Positions 21,430 through 34,390 of a stretch of DNA of 64,000 nucleotides are shown piece after piece. The stretch spans positions 2,170,001-2,234,000 of the forward strand of contig NC_043005.1 in NCBI RefSeq assembly GCF_006345805.1, written 5' to 3'. Source of the DNA: Octopus sinensis (Eukaryota). The position numbers and the translations under genes were made by a program. The notes under the pieces were generated by a model. That model worked only from the letters and a program-made list of their open reading frames with translations. It made no database searches and was not told the origin of the DNA. Positions within the stretch are counted from its first letter, which is position 1, and each line of letters begins with the position of its first letter.

Positions 21430-24400
21430 TAAACTTAGATAAACTTAGATATGTTTCGACCAAAGATTGGTCCAGTCCATGTCTAACTTAATAGCACCAC
21501 CTGATAGGATTATTGGAATCCTGTTTAGGTCAAGTTTTGTTTATGGTCCATTCAAGTAGTGAGTTTTTGTTGAGTGAGTTGTATCCAATTATGGGTGGCT
21601 TATCTGGTATTCCTTGAAGGAATCTATCCAGACTCCGTTTAAAGTTGATGGGATCCTTTTCCTCTTTGATCTCTTTCGGGACAATGTTAAATAGGGCAGG
21701 GCCTGTTGAGGAAAAGAAATTATGTTGCAGTGTACATATATGCTGTGATCTTGAATTGGGCAGGGGACGTATGGCCCGTGGTCCCAGTCTTGGATGAACC
21801 TTGAAGCTAATGTTCAGGTCGTTTTGGCAAAGTTGGCGGTATATTCTCCACATCGTACAAATGATGTACCGCTCACGGCGACGCTGGGAAGAGTAGAGTT
21901 TCAAGGCTTCAAGGCGATCCCAATAATCGAGAGCAGCCATGCCTTCAATTCGCTTAGTGAGTGCCCTCTGGGGTGACTCAATCCTCGAGATGTTTTGTCT
22001 TGTATGGGGAGACCACAGTGGGCAGCAGTATTCGAGGTGTGGCTGTACAAAGGAGGAGAAAAGTGGTATGATGACACCTTGTTTTCTGGACCGGAAAGTT
22101 CTTAAGATCCAGGAACTCATCCTACGAGCTATATCGACCTTCTTGTTGATGTGTGCACTCCAACTGAGATCGTCATCATTAATTACACCCAGGTCTCTGA
22201 TATTGTTAGAGGCTGTGAGCGGTTCCCCTGAAGGAAGAGAGTATGGTTGTTTTAGTGAGGAATTTCTTCCAAAATGCATCAGCTCAAATTTTCCCTCATT
22301 CAGTTGCATTTTGTTTCTGTCTGCCCATTGACTCACAGCATATAGATCAGACTGGAGTTGAGTTCGGTCTGCTTCTTTATCGACGATTTGCTGGAGCTTA
22401 GTGTCATCACCAAATATTTTTACTTTGCAGTAATGTACGACACTGGAAAGGTCGTTTATGTAAATTATAAAGAGTAGCGGGGGACACCACTGGTGACTTT
22501 TGCTGGGCTTGAGTGGACTCCATCAACTACATGTTGTGTTCTATTCGCCAGGAAATACTTAATCCAGTGTAGAACTTTTCCACGGATTCCAACATTTGCC
22601 AATTTTGAGAGTAGGATATTATGGTCTACCCTGTCGAACGCTTTACTGAAGTCAAGATATATGACATCAGAGTTCGAACCTGTTCCCAAGGCTTTGAGTA
22701 TATCTTCAATGTGGTGTAAGAGCTGTGTTAGACAGCCCCTGCCACATCGAAAGCCATGCTGATTTGCATTTAGGAGTTTGTGGGTCTCCAGGAAGTCAGC
22801 TATCCTTGATCTTAACACTCTTTCAAACATTTTAATGATGTGGGAGGTGAGTGAGATTGGGCGATAGTTGACTGCGAGGGATCTGTTTCCCTGTTTGAAA
22901 ACCGGGATGACAGACTGGGATAGAAGCTGTTTCGGTATATAACCTGCGTCTAACGAATTTCTCCAGACTTTGGTCAGAGGGACTGCAAGTTGGTGTCTAC
23001 ATTCCTTCAGGAGACTAGCGGGGAATCTATCAGGGCCTACAGCAGAGTAGTATTTGACCTCATTTATTGCTGCTATGATGTCAGAGGCAGTGAAGGTTAT
23101 GTCTGAGATTTTATGTTGGGAGTCAACTTCGTTCGCTTCTCTTGCGTCAATATCAGTGGGAACACTAAAGACAGAGCAGTATTGTTTCTGCAGTATTTCT
23201 GCCATTTCTTTAGCATCATGTTGGGGAATGGCGTTATCATCAATCAATGGCCCAATGGGTGAGACAGTGGTTCTATGCTTATTTGCATAAGAATAGAACA
23301 CTTTTGGGTTCTGTTTGATGTTTTTGATTACCCACTGTTCCTCCACAGCTCTTTGATTTTCAATGGAGGTTTTCATGTCGGTCTGCAGATGAAGTTTTTC
23401 CAGCTCTAGCCTTTTCATTGTTGATGAATGTGGATGTTGTGTGAGGGAATATTTTAACTGGTTGATTTTTTTTGTTGAGTCTTTTGATGCGCCTGATGAG
23501 TGTTTTTTTTTTCTTTTTAGGGAGCCGGTTTCTGTTTATGTTAGTAGATTTCGTAGGAGCGTGTTTAGAGCATGTATAGGTGACAATGTTCTCAAAGTGC
23601 TGCCATGCGGTCTCAATTTGGGTGGAATTGAGAGTAAAAGACCAGTCGATGAAAGACAGATCCTTTCTGATTGCTCCCCAGTCCGCTTTGTGGAAGTTTA
23701 TGTTGTCAAATGAGTGCCATGGAGTGGGATTGGCTGGTTTGGTTTTTAAATGTCGGGAATTAAAATTGCAGAGTACCATGTTGTGGTCTGAGAGGAGAGT
23801 TTTTTCAACTGAAATTCTGTGAATGAAGCTAGAGTGGTTGGTTAATATTAGATCCAAGATCATTTTATTCTGTCTTGTTGGTTCGAGCACTAGCTGAGTC
23901 AGGAAGAATTTATCCATTAGATTAAAGAGTAATTCTGCTGCTGCTCTATCTGATGTAGAGCATTTGCCTAACTTCAGAGTATTTGTGGGCCAGTTTATAT
24001 GAGGGAGGTTAAAATCACCCATCATTAGTATGTTTCCGGAGTTGTAATTTTGAAGGAAGGACTTGATTTTTTTAAGGTACTCTTCAAAACACTTTAGAGG
24101 TGCTTGGGGAGGCGTGTAAAGACCAACAATGATTATGTCTTTGGCCTTGTTGAATAGTGATATAGATTCACAATAGCCATTGGAAAATATGTCCTTGGCA
24201 TCAAGTGAAAAGGAGTCATGGATAAAGATGGCTGTCCCTCCCTTATTTCGGTCTGTGCGATCCGCACGAACAATGGTGAAATCTTTTATTTTCCCCTCGG
24301 CATCCATATGGGTGTTGTTTATGTGAGTTTCATTAAGGATAAAGAAAGGGAAGCAATGTGCCGTTTCGGCAAGCCAACTCTCTATATATGGGATCTTCCA

Positions 24401-24470
24401 TTTTTGGGCAATGATTGATGGGTTGATGCCACGTACATCTAACAGGAATGTCGAGGTAAGGGAAGTTTGA
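21430..24470 (-). mobile_element. CR1-like LINE with almost complete ORF2 (APE endonuclease and RT), flanked on both sides by (TA)n
   Basis: APE motifs ILNETH, MMGDFNLPHINW, LDLILTN, SDHNMV. RT motifs NYRPISLTS, NQHGFR, IYLDFSKAFDRVDH, FGDDTKL, RDLGV, PHLEYCCPLWSPH. Confidence 0.95.
21530..24470 (-). pseudogene. LINE ORF2 pseudogene, frameshifts near 23400 and 22485
   Basis: ORF track segments 23360-24568, 22465-23418 and 21530-22336 are consecutive parts of one protein. Confidence 0.9.
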
Positions 24471-24473
24471 TAT

Positions 24474-24556
<83 letters not shown>

Positions 24557-24560
<4 letters not shown>

Positions 24561-24664
24561 CTGCTCACTTAGCCAGCGGGGTGCTGTCATTTGAAGGCTA
24601 AAACAATGTGAAGTGCATTGTGACCAGCGATGTGTAGCAACATCTGATAGGCTGATCGGTCACG

Positions 24665-24670
<6 letters not shown>
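24557..24670 (+). mobile_element. 3' fragment of SINE family D
   Basis: TGGCCTGCTCACTTAGCCAGCGGGGTG...CGGTCACG matches the reverse complement of 48660-48785. Confidence 0.8.
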
Positions 24671-24715
<45 letters not shown>

Positions 24716-24736
24716 GCATTTACATACACATAGGCA

Positions 24737-25629
24737 TACAGAGGGGTACCCAAAAGAAACTGGAATTTTGCAGTATTATCTCCTTCCCTTAGTTCTATGT
24801 ATTTACGCTTTAATCGCTTTCAAAGTATTCTCCATTTGACGCACTCCATCAGTCCAAGCACGTGTTCTTCTATTCAAAGCAGAGCTGCAACTCCTGCGAA
24901 GTGATGTCTTTTAACCTTTCCCTCGTTTCTTTTCTTCACCTCTTCCACATCTGCAAATTCCGTAGCGCCAGTTTTCATCACCAGTGATGACCTTCCAAAA
25001 AAAGGTCCGGATCAACTTCCGGCTGTTCTTTCTCTTTACGGCACTCATTCAGTCGTGTCTGCTTCTAATCTTCCGCGAGCAAGCGAGACACAAAATTTGC
25101 TGCAACACTTTTCATTCGCAATTCCTCGCACAAAATTTGTTGGCAGCAGTCCCAGGATATATCCGTAAGTCCGTCAATTGATCGGTGACGGTCTTCCAAG
25201 ACCAGTTCATGAATTTTTGTGATGTTTTCATTCGTTCGAGAGGTCGACAGTCACCCTGAGCGACATTGGTCTTCAAATGACAAGTTACCATTCCCGAAGC
25301 GTGGAAACCACTCGTAAACTTGTGTTTTGCGCATGGCAGCGTCCTTGTAAATTGTTAGAAGCATGACAACTGTTTTGGCTGCCGTTTTCCCCAACAGAAA
25401 ACAGAATTTCACGGAAATCCTTTTCAGCCAACGCAAAAATCGACAAACAAGAGAGAAACATTGCAAAACAAAGATGCACCACGTGGCAGTAAGACCCCCC
25501 ACCTGATGACGCCGTTCGGCAGACTGATGCCTGAAGATCACATCAAGTGGCTTCTAGCGGCGAAAGTCTGAACTACACCGGGTTTGTCTCACAGAGAACG
25601 TTTTCGGTTGCTATTGGGTGTTTCCTCGA

Positions 25630-25630
<1 letters not shown>
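24737..25630 (-). mobile_element. Internally deleted mariner (Tc1/mariner) transposon, copy 1
   Basis: Terminal TA-CAGAGGGGTACCCAAAAGAAAC (TIR-like). KFCFLLGKTAAKT...KTQVYEWF.RF (HTH), EDQCRSG, ITGDENW then a jump to the C-terminus. Confidence 0.88.
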
Positions 25631-25661
<31 letters not shown>

Positions 25662-28600
25662 CACACACACACACACACACATTGTTGACGACATAAGAAT
25701 TTTATAAACTTACGAATGAATGTGAAATTATTCATTTTTGGAAGATTGGATCTCGAAGCTCATACCACAAAATCTATAAATTATAGCATGTAAATAAATA
25801 TTGAGTTGAATTGAAAAAGTCTTCGATTTTCTCTATCGCAACTGAGGTTTTACTTGCTACAATTTACAGCTTTATGTGATGTACCTCGAAGCCAATGTTC
25901 CAAAAGTGATGTGCGCGCATGCGTAGGCACACACACATGTATAAATATACACACATATACTTTCATACATATAATCACTTATTGGTTGAGTTTTAGAACG
26001 AAATATATTCACAGCAAATCGAGCTTCGTCGATACGTTTTCGATCCCTAGTCAAATCTACTTTAACTGGGGATCGATTGGTAATTGTAGCTAATTTACTA
26101 AAAGCACAAATGTCTTTGGGCAATGCGTGCTCTCTGTGCATTCATCTCATCCCTACCAAATATAGGTTGTTTTTCTCGACGATAAAAGAAACCAATCTAT
26201 AATTCAACAATGTATATTCATGACAATTCCTTTCGCTCTATACAAAATGATGTCACGAAAATCCTGTTTCAACCTTTCCCCGCTTCTATCTTTTCTAGTT
26301 TGATTTTAGTTGTTTCATGTAATAAAACATTCGAAGGCATTTTCTTCTTTCGTTCTTTTTTTCTAGCACTGTTTACTAAAAAAAAATGCTTCTATGGAAA
26401 AACATTTCTTTTTTAATGTATTTAATATACAAATTTTCCAAATATTTGTCAGGCGTTTTTGTATACAATTTTTCCTTTCTTGAAATCAATGTTGTTTAGC
26501 TTCTTGTTTAGAAATTGTTATTCATACTAAAATTGTCATATTTACTGATTCCTAGATTCTTTTCTCTCTATTTCGTGATATTAATTCAATATTTTTATTC
26601 TCTATTTTTACATTTTGAGGAATTAGCTAAGATTATTTGAATAATATAACCAATTTATCAGGCGACTATATTAATTATAACTGATATTGTTGTTGTTATC
26701 ATCGTCGTCGTCGTTGTTAGTTATGTAGCCCCAGGACGAACTTGAGTGAGCAGAAACAGGAATGAATGTTTCCTAATCCAATAATGTTTCCGAGAATTGT
26801 ATTACAAGAATTACTTTATTCGAGTTGTCCTTATGTTAAAACACAAGCCATATATGGCGTAATTTGAGGGAGATTTGATTGCTATCTCTATTACGTTGGT
26901 TAACGGAATAAATGGCCTTCTCATTGCCTGGTCATGAAATGCGCAGAACGTAAGGCTGATTAATCCACTTCTTTGTGTAATTAATACACTACGCCTGTAC
27001 TCACTTAATAAATTACACAGGTTATGTAACTTTTCGTTCTTCTTCGGTATTTGAAATGAATCTATAAATCGGCAGAATCATTTAATCGTCGTATAGAATA
27101 CCTCGTGGTGATTGTTACTATTTTTGGAATTCAAATCCCTCCATGATAAATTTTGACGTTTATTCTTTTAGGGTCAATAAATAAAACAGCAGGCCGATAT
27201 TGATGTCAGTTGTTCTCTCCCTTGGTTACTGTATTTTAATCTGCTTATCTGCCCACTGTCTGTCTGTTTGCCTGTCTTCCTGTCTATCTGGCAGTCTGTA
27301 TGTCTGTCTTTTCACCAGTCTGTTTTTTTCTCTTCTCTCCCCCTCTCTCGCCATCTCTCCCTCTCTGTCTATCTCCCTCTCTCTCTTTCAAAGGTGTCGA
27401 GAGAGGGGAGGAGTGGTAGACAGAGAAAGGTTCAGCGATCAGCTATCAACATCTCGTCGGAAAACCCTTGATATTCTGCAGGAACCGCCCAAGCTATGTG
27501 AAGTATAATACAGAATAGGAATAAAAGACAGAAGAATTCATTGAATCTAAGAATCCTGAGAATCATTATAAGATGACATCAATGTACCTGTAGTTCTTCC
27601 TTCGGTTGTTTCCACCAAATAGAGATATTAATCTGTTAGATTTAATGGTACAGTGACACTAAGACCATGAAAATCCCCACGCTGCCGTACGTAAAAAAGA
27701 AAGAGGCCAACATTTAGTCCGTAATTATTTTCATTTCCAGCCACAAGGGCCAAACACAGAGGGGACAGCACAAGGATAGACAGAACGTCACAGTGAGGAC
27801 AAAAGCATAAAATGAATGAAAAATAAGAAAAATGTGATATAAAAATGAAAAATGAAATGGCTGCACGAGCCCCACTCGCATGCAGTACCATTTGAACGTT
27901 TTTACTCGTAGTTTATAATCTTTTTTCGTTTTCTTTTATTTTTATCTTCATTAGCATCGTTTTTGTTCTCTCTTTTTTAAAAAACAATTTTACTTTTTTT
28001 TTTTATACCAGTTCTCTTAATTCCACGACCTTCGGCCGCATGTCAAGCTACACAGCAAATCCAGGCGGATCACCGTGACACGTTTATTCCATAATGGAGT
28101 CCAAGATATTGCAGAGTAGCTGAAAAAACTAGAAATATAAATTAAAAAAAAAACGTGTTGGTCACGGATCAACTGCTTTCATTTTTGATGTCTGATTCGA
28201 TAAAGGCAAGTTCGTCCCTAAATAGTTATTACCAATTTTACTTCCGTTATACCATTACTAGCATCAATAGAGCCACCGCTTCGAAGTCCCACACTAATGA
28301 CATTACGTATCACTATCTCCTTACATCAAAACTACCACCACCACCACCACTGCCACCATGCCACCATCACTATTACACTGGCTTCTATCAAAAAATAACA
28401 GCAAAAGTTGCACAAAAGACTCATAAAAGAGTAAATAAAGCGAGAAAAAGGGAGTGATTGACCTGCTCGTAAGTAATCAGTGAAATCTGATGATTGACCG
28501 AAATCTACGCGAATGCAGTTAAGTCTTTGTTAAATCTCAAAGTGATGTATTGTCAAAACAGAGCTTATCAGAACTTTAGAGTTGTCTTAATACATTGTGG

Positions 28601-28737
28601 AAATTGTAAAGCTGAGGTCGTCATCAGAATTTGATTTTCATTTGAGGTTCTATGTTAATATGTCGAAGAAAGAAAAACAAAGACACCCCTCCACACACGC
28701 AGATAGTCTCTGTGTGTGCGTATATATATATGTATGC

Positions 28738-28817
<80 letters not shown>

Positions 28818-28908
28818 CTTATAAAAGCTTGTAGAATTTTTGGTACTTTCCCTATATTTCTGAATATCTACCTGCACATGCGTCTTTCACGTGTTCTGTT
28901 TGTATGTA

Positions 28909-29011
<103 letters not shown>

Positions 29012-29599
29012 GGAAGGAATTTATAAACATTTGGTGCATCGCTACACGAGTTACTGCAGATCCCATTTCTGTTAAGATCAGAGTCTGTTATCCTTGGATG
29101 ATTACAGCGTAGTCCGTAATACGTGTGGGTATTGGGTTGATCATCATCATGGATTAATTTCTTCAGGCGATATAGCATTAATGGATGTTTAACAGAGGGG
29201 TGTTTATCCCTTTTCAACCGTCCGAAGGTTGATTGAGTCGTGTGGGTATTTCTGTGTGTATTCGGTGGGGAGGAGGGGAAGGTATATGGAAAGCGAGGAA
29301 GAAATGGTAGTTATATAGGGATGGAGGTGTGTGGTGATGTTGGACTTATTTTGTTATTCAGTCTGCAGATGTCAAGGACGGGTGGCACATTCCTTTGTTC
29401 GATCTCATTGAAGGCATGACTAGCTTCAATGAATTCTGAAGTAAACAGGTCAGGCAACACAACCATTTCAGTCATCAACTGTTGGAGTTCATTGTTTTAA
29501 TTGATAAATCATACTTTCCTAGGGTGACCTTTTAATTGTTTCTGGTGGTATAGTGTACAGCATCCTAAATATTGGTTGGTTTGTTTAATATGCTAAAGG

Positions 29600-31260
29600 C
29601 TGTTGATGCTATTCCGTTCCAGAAACGATGTTTTGTTTTTATGTTTACATGATATGATTACCTTGGAGTGTCTATCACATTTTCCCTGGATGTGATGATT
29701 TCTAGAGTTTCTCCTTGGCATAAGTTGCACACCCGTGATGTTTCGTTGTATGCTGCAGCGTTTTTTACAATGGACTTGTAGATTGTATGCTCCACTGTAT
29801 TCTGTTCGAGCCTCCAGACTTTCGATAGTGATATGAAGTGCCTTTTATTTATATTGGAAAATGACGTAAGATGGTTATGCAGACGATTTTTCATGGTGTT
29901 TCCGGTGCCACCAATGTACACGTATTTCTGCGTACTTCACCTCCCATTTGAAACTACATTCTTTACCATGTAGTTATTGTTAAAAATGCATTCCGCTTTA
30001 CATCTACAGTTACATAAGATATTATTTTTATCCGTTCTCCCAGCGGAGTTACTATTAGTGGTCCTCTTTCTTCTTCCCTCCTGTAATTCTGTACTCATTT
30101 TCCTTATGTAGTGGCTGGAATGTCACCAGTGTGGTGTTGATTGCGACCGTTTTTCCTATTCATGACCTTTTATTACTCCTATTTCCAACCATTCCATCGA
30201 CGTATACTCTGCTATTAGCCGCGGTTGCGTCGCATTTCCACTCCAGTTTTATTCTATTTAGTTTGGTATTATTTAGTTTGTGTATGTGGTATTCTAGATT
30301 GTGATAGGCCGCGTATGCTAATTCTACATTATGCCTATTGATGATTTTGTGATATTTGCAAGATCTTGGGAAGTGCCTGTCTAATGTTGCAAAGAATTCC
30401 TGACTTATTTCAGATTTTATTTGTTAACTGAAAATTGGGTTAAACCTAATAATTTCGTCCCTTATTTTTCCATTTCCTTTAATATATCAATTGGGTTTGT
30501 TAGTGTATTTTGTTTCCTCTGCTTCTACTGTTTTATTATCATTATTTTTATCGGTCTTTAACGGTATCCTTCTTTCTACCTTTGGCTGCTGTTTCGTGGG
30601 TTCTGTTTTATATACATCCCTCTTAATATTATGGTTTTTCTCCCTTTTGGTCCCTATTATATTTATTGTTTTTCTAAGTTCTGGTATTCTGCAGTTATTT
30701 AAATGATTATCCCCTCTGTTAATAATGCTCCCTGCGTATTGAGCCTTCTCTGTCTCATTTTGTTTATATACAATTCTGTCCTTATATCGCGCTCTAGCTA
30801 GTGCTGAGTTATAATATTCGGCGTGCACATCGAATATCTTTTCATCCGCGGTTGGTCTGGATATTCTATTACACATGCTTCGTGGGATTCTTCGCAGTAT
30901 TTGTTCCGGATGGTTGGATCCTCGGCTCACATATTCTAAGTTATCATTTGGCTTATGGAACGGTTCGAAATTACCACCGATGAGGCTAAGCATTACGTCT
31001 AGGAAATTTACTGCTCTGCGATTTTTTTCTATTTCAATTTCCAATCCAAAATTCTTAACGAACTTAAAAAGTTCTTTCTTGCATCTTTCTATTTCTACGT
31101 CGCTACAAGACATTGTGAACAATGTGTTGTTTCTTTATAATCTTCCCACCCAAAATCTTGGTTTATATATATATCATTTAATAGATGCAATACCTGTATA
31201 TATGTGCTACTAATAGTTTCATATGTTGAGAAATACCTCAAATATTATCATCAGGCACAA
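29600..31260 (-). mobile_element. Penelope-like element fragment: RT C-terminus, linker and GIY-YIG endonuclease, with upstream hammerhead
   Basis: VNFLDVML...FHKPND..YVSRGSNHP; RFNPIFS...LDRHFP...HKIINR; CNCRCK..C; YVYIGGTGNTMKNRLHNH...VCNLCQGE. Confidence 0.88.
31203..31259 (-). ncRNA. Type I hammerhead ribozyme, core intact, base of stem II imperfect
   Basis: Minus strand: TGTGC CTGATGA TA ATATTTGAG GTATTT CTCAACATAT GAAAC TATTA GTA|GCACA. Stem I is 5 bp perfect. Confidence 0.7.
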
Positions 31261-31469
31261 ACCACATATTATAACGAAGTAAAAATTTTAGCTCGTTACC
31301 ATATGTGATTATGTTTAATGTATTTCTCAGCACATGAAACTACTACTGGTACATCAAAACAAGTACTGTGTCTATTAAATAATGGAGACATTTTTTTTTG
31401 TTGATCTTACCATCATAGAACAGTACATTATATATTTATACCTCTGTCCAGCAAGCCGCCATGATTGAC

Positions 31470-31645
31470 CGCTAGTTCCAAAAGTTTTTGTTTTATTCTA
31501 ACTCTGTTTATTTACTCGTGTTCTTTTCTGCTGAAGAGCGTAGGCTGGAAACGTAAAAGACTTTCTCACCTTCATGAGCGTTAAACTAATATGTCTGTTT
31601 GTTGTTTATACACCTGTCTTCGTCTTTTGTTCTTCTGTAAATTTC

Positions 31646-31650
<5 letters not shown>
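31470..31650 (+). mobile_element. Short (TA)n-terminated element with variant hammerhead-like fold (same family as 62935-63085)
   Basis: GAAGAGCGT.GGCT(C/G)GAAACGT.AAAGACTTT...GAGCGTTAAACTAAT...CACCTGTCTTC shared between the two copies. Confidence 0.7.
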
Positions 31651-31654
<4 letters not shown>

Positions 31655-31679
<25 letters not shown>

Positions 31680-32270
31680 TTTCTACTCTAGGAACAAGGT
31701 CTGAGTTTCTTTTTCTTTTGGTGGGTGGACGAGTAGATTGGATGAATCCCAGTTCTCAACTGGTCCTTATTTCTTGTTTCTTTATTACCCACAAGGGGCT
31801 AAACACAGATGGGACAAACAAGGACAGACAAGCAGATTAAGTCGATTACATTGACCCCAGTGCTCAACTGGTACTTATTTTATCGACCCCAAAGGATGAA
31901 AGGCAAAGTTAACCATGACAGAATTTGAACTCAGAATGTAAGGACAGACGAAATACCTATTTCTTTACTACCCACAAGGAGCTAAACACATAGGGGACAA
32001 ACAAGGACAGACAAACGGATTAAGTCGATTACATTGACCCCAGTGCGTAACTGGTACTTAATTTATCGATCCCGAAAGGATGAAAGGCAAAGTCGACCTC
32101 GGCGGAATTTGAACTCAGCACGTAGCGGCAGACGAAATACGGCTACACATTTAGCCCGGCGTGCTAACGTTTCTGCCAGCTCGCCGCCTTGCTACTTATT
32201 TCTTCTTGCCCGAAAAGATGAAAGGCAAAGTCGTGCTCGGTGGAACTTGAACGCAGAACGTTCACATTCT
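31655..32270 (-). mobile_element. Tandem SINE family B copies
   Basis: Repeated CCCACAAGG.GCTAAACACA.AGGGACAAACAAGGACAGAC...GACCCCAGTGC.CAACTGGTAC blocks. Confidence 0.85.
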
Positions 32271-32379
32271 ATTAAGCACTTTGATTGGAGTATTAACAAT
32301 TCTGCTATCTGTCTATCTATCTATCTATCTATCTGTCTATCTATCTATCTGTCTATCTATCTATCTATCTATCTATCTG

Positions 32380-32476
<97 letters not shown>

Positions 32477-32502
32477 ATATATATATCTATATTTATTATT
32501 AT

Positions 32503-32712
32503 TAAAGAGTTTCCCGTTCCCGTTCGTCGGACAGTTTAGAATGAGAATGTCAGACGAACAGGAACGTGAAACATTTGAGTAGCAGCTTTTTGTGATATTT
32601 TTTGTGATGTATTTGCAGCTTTATTAATAAAGCATATTACTCTACCTCCCGTATTCGAGTACTATTTCCTCCCATCTTGTTTCACATTTATGTGCTTACT
32701 CTGCTATATATA
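32503..32712. repeat. Short element with a 27-bp-arm hairpin
   Basis: GTTTCCCGTTCCCGTTCGTCGGACA pairs with TGTCAGACGAACAGGAACGTGAAAC. Confidence 0.6.
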
Positions 32713-33178
32713 CATACATAATTCTGTATATCTTTCTTAAACTGTAATTCCTGTAATACAATTCCATGAAACTGACTCTTGATTTCTGAGTTGAGGGGTC
32801 ATTCAAAATTCCCTTTCTTTGTTGCTCTTGCACATTTCACTCACTTCCTCCTCCTCCTTTATCTCGCTTTACACAATGGAATTACTTCAATACTGCACCA
32901 AACTGTTCGGTATTTGCTATAACTAGTATCGGAAGAACAAATCACTATTTCAGGCTATTGACATCTTCGTCATCCAAACATTAAATTCGCTTCTGTCGGT
33001 CATCGACCTACAAACGACCCGCGTCATGTGAAAAACCCATCTTAATCAACTTTCGTATAAGAAATGCATTTCTTGGACAGTGAAATCAGGCACTTGCACA
33101 TGCGCATAAATGAGTATTGTTAAATAAAATTCTTACCTTCGATTTTAAGTAAATCTTTCATTCTCTCTTCCTTTCTCA

Positions 33179-33253
<75 letters not shown>

Positions 33254-33411
33254 AGTCTGTCTGTCAGTCTGTCTGTCTGTCTGTCTGTCTCTATCTATCT
33301 ATCAATCTATCTATCTATCAGTCAGTCTGTCTTTCTGTCTGTCTCTCTGTCTGTCTCTATCTATCTATCAATCTATCTATCTATCTTGCTTTCTGTAAAT
33401 TTCAATTATAT

Positions 33412-34390
33412 AGGGAAGGAAGAGCTATTTTCATCATCCTTGTGGCTATGGCAAAAGAATGTATCTGGTGGACGCGTCTGAAAGGATTGGAGACAAACAC
33501 TTTCCTCTCTGGTCAATCTCTCATCAACTTCTTCAAGTACCACTTGAAAAGGAAAGTGAGAGTAGAGAGGCAAGTTTTGTCTAGCGAATGTTTTAAAAAA
33601 AGATGGGTGAATGTAGCAAGAATGGCACGTATGAATGACGAAGCCACCTTGAGCATAGTCCTATGAACCCAGAAATCGAAAACAGAGAGTTGCTTATTTG
33701 CAAAAAAAAAAAAAGAAATATAAAATGTGACTTCATTGACCGAGGTTACCGTGGTCTTTTCCGTAGGCTTTTCTTTCCACGGGTAAACCTCACCTGTCCT
33801 CCCCTTTACACTTCATATTGACATTTCTGTGATAACGATCCCTATTGATCAATTTTTTTTTCCTCTCCCCCCTTTTTTGTCCTCTTTCTCTCCTTTTACG
33901 ATCCCTTTTGATCGAAACTCCCCCTTCCTTTTTTTTTTTTTTTAACCCTTCAAAAGAAAAGCTCTACCTTGTAATTTGTTCTATCTGTGTGCAGCCCTGT
34001 GTGGCTAATAAAGAAACATATCTATCTTGCTTTCCCCTTTACACCATATATCATAACACTGTGATACACGATCCTTATTGATCGTTTTTTTTTCCTCTTC
34101 CCCTTTTTTCCCCCTTTTTTCTTCTTTTTTCATTTCTCTTTTCTTTTGTTCCTTTTCCTTTTCCTTTTTTTTTCTTTTTATTCTTTTTATTTTTTATTTT
34201 ATTTATTTAATATTTTTTTTTGTTCTTTTCTTCCCTTTTACGATCCCTCTTGATCGAAAACCTACGCCACCCCCTTTTTTTTCTTTTGTTTTTTGTTTTT
34301 TTCATCCCCCAAAAGAAAAGCTTTACCTTGTAACTTGTCCCATCTGTGGTGCAGCCCTGTGTGGCCAATAAAGAAACTTATCTATCTATC
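33412..34390 (+). mobile_element. Tx1/L1-clade LINE 3' end with tandemly duplicated 3' UTR terminus, in (TATC)n
   Basis: AKECIWWTR...F..HLKRKVRVER...FKKRW resembles an L1/Tx1 ORF2 C-terminus. Two copies of GCAGCCCTGTGTGG.AATAAAGAAAC followed by TATCT. Confidence 0.7.

Noticed and set aside
25500-25530. CTGATGA followed by a GCC-GTTC-GGC hairpin in the mariner 5' region
   Set aside because: Followed by AGAC rather than GAAA, and no stem III.
28480-28510. CTGATGA-TTGACC-GAAAT hammerhead-like spacing
   Set aside because: No stem II pair, no stem III/UH and no stem I complement.
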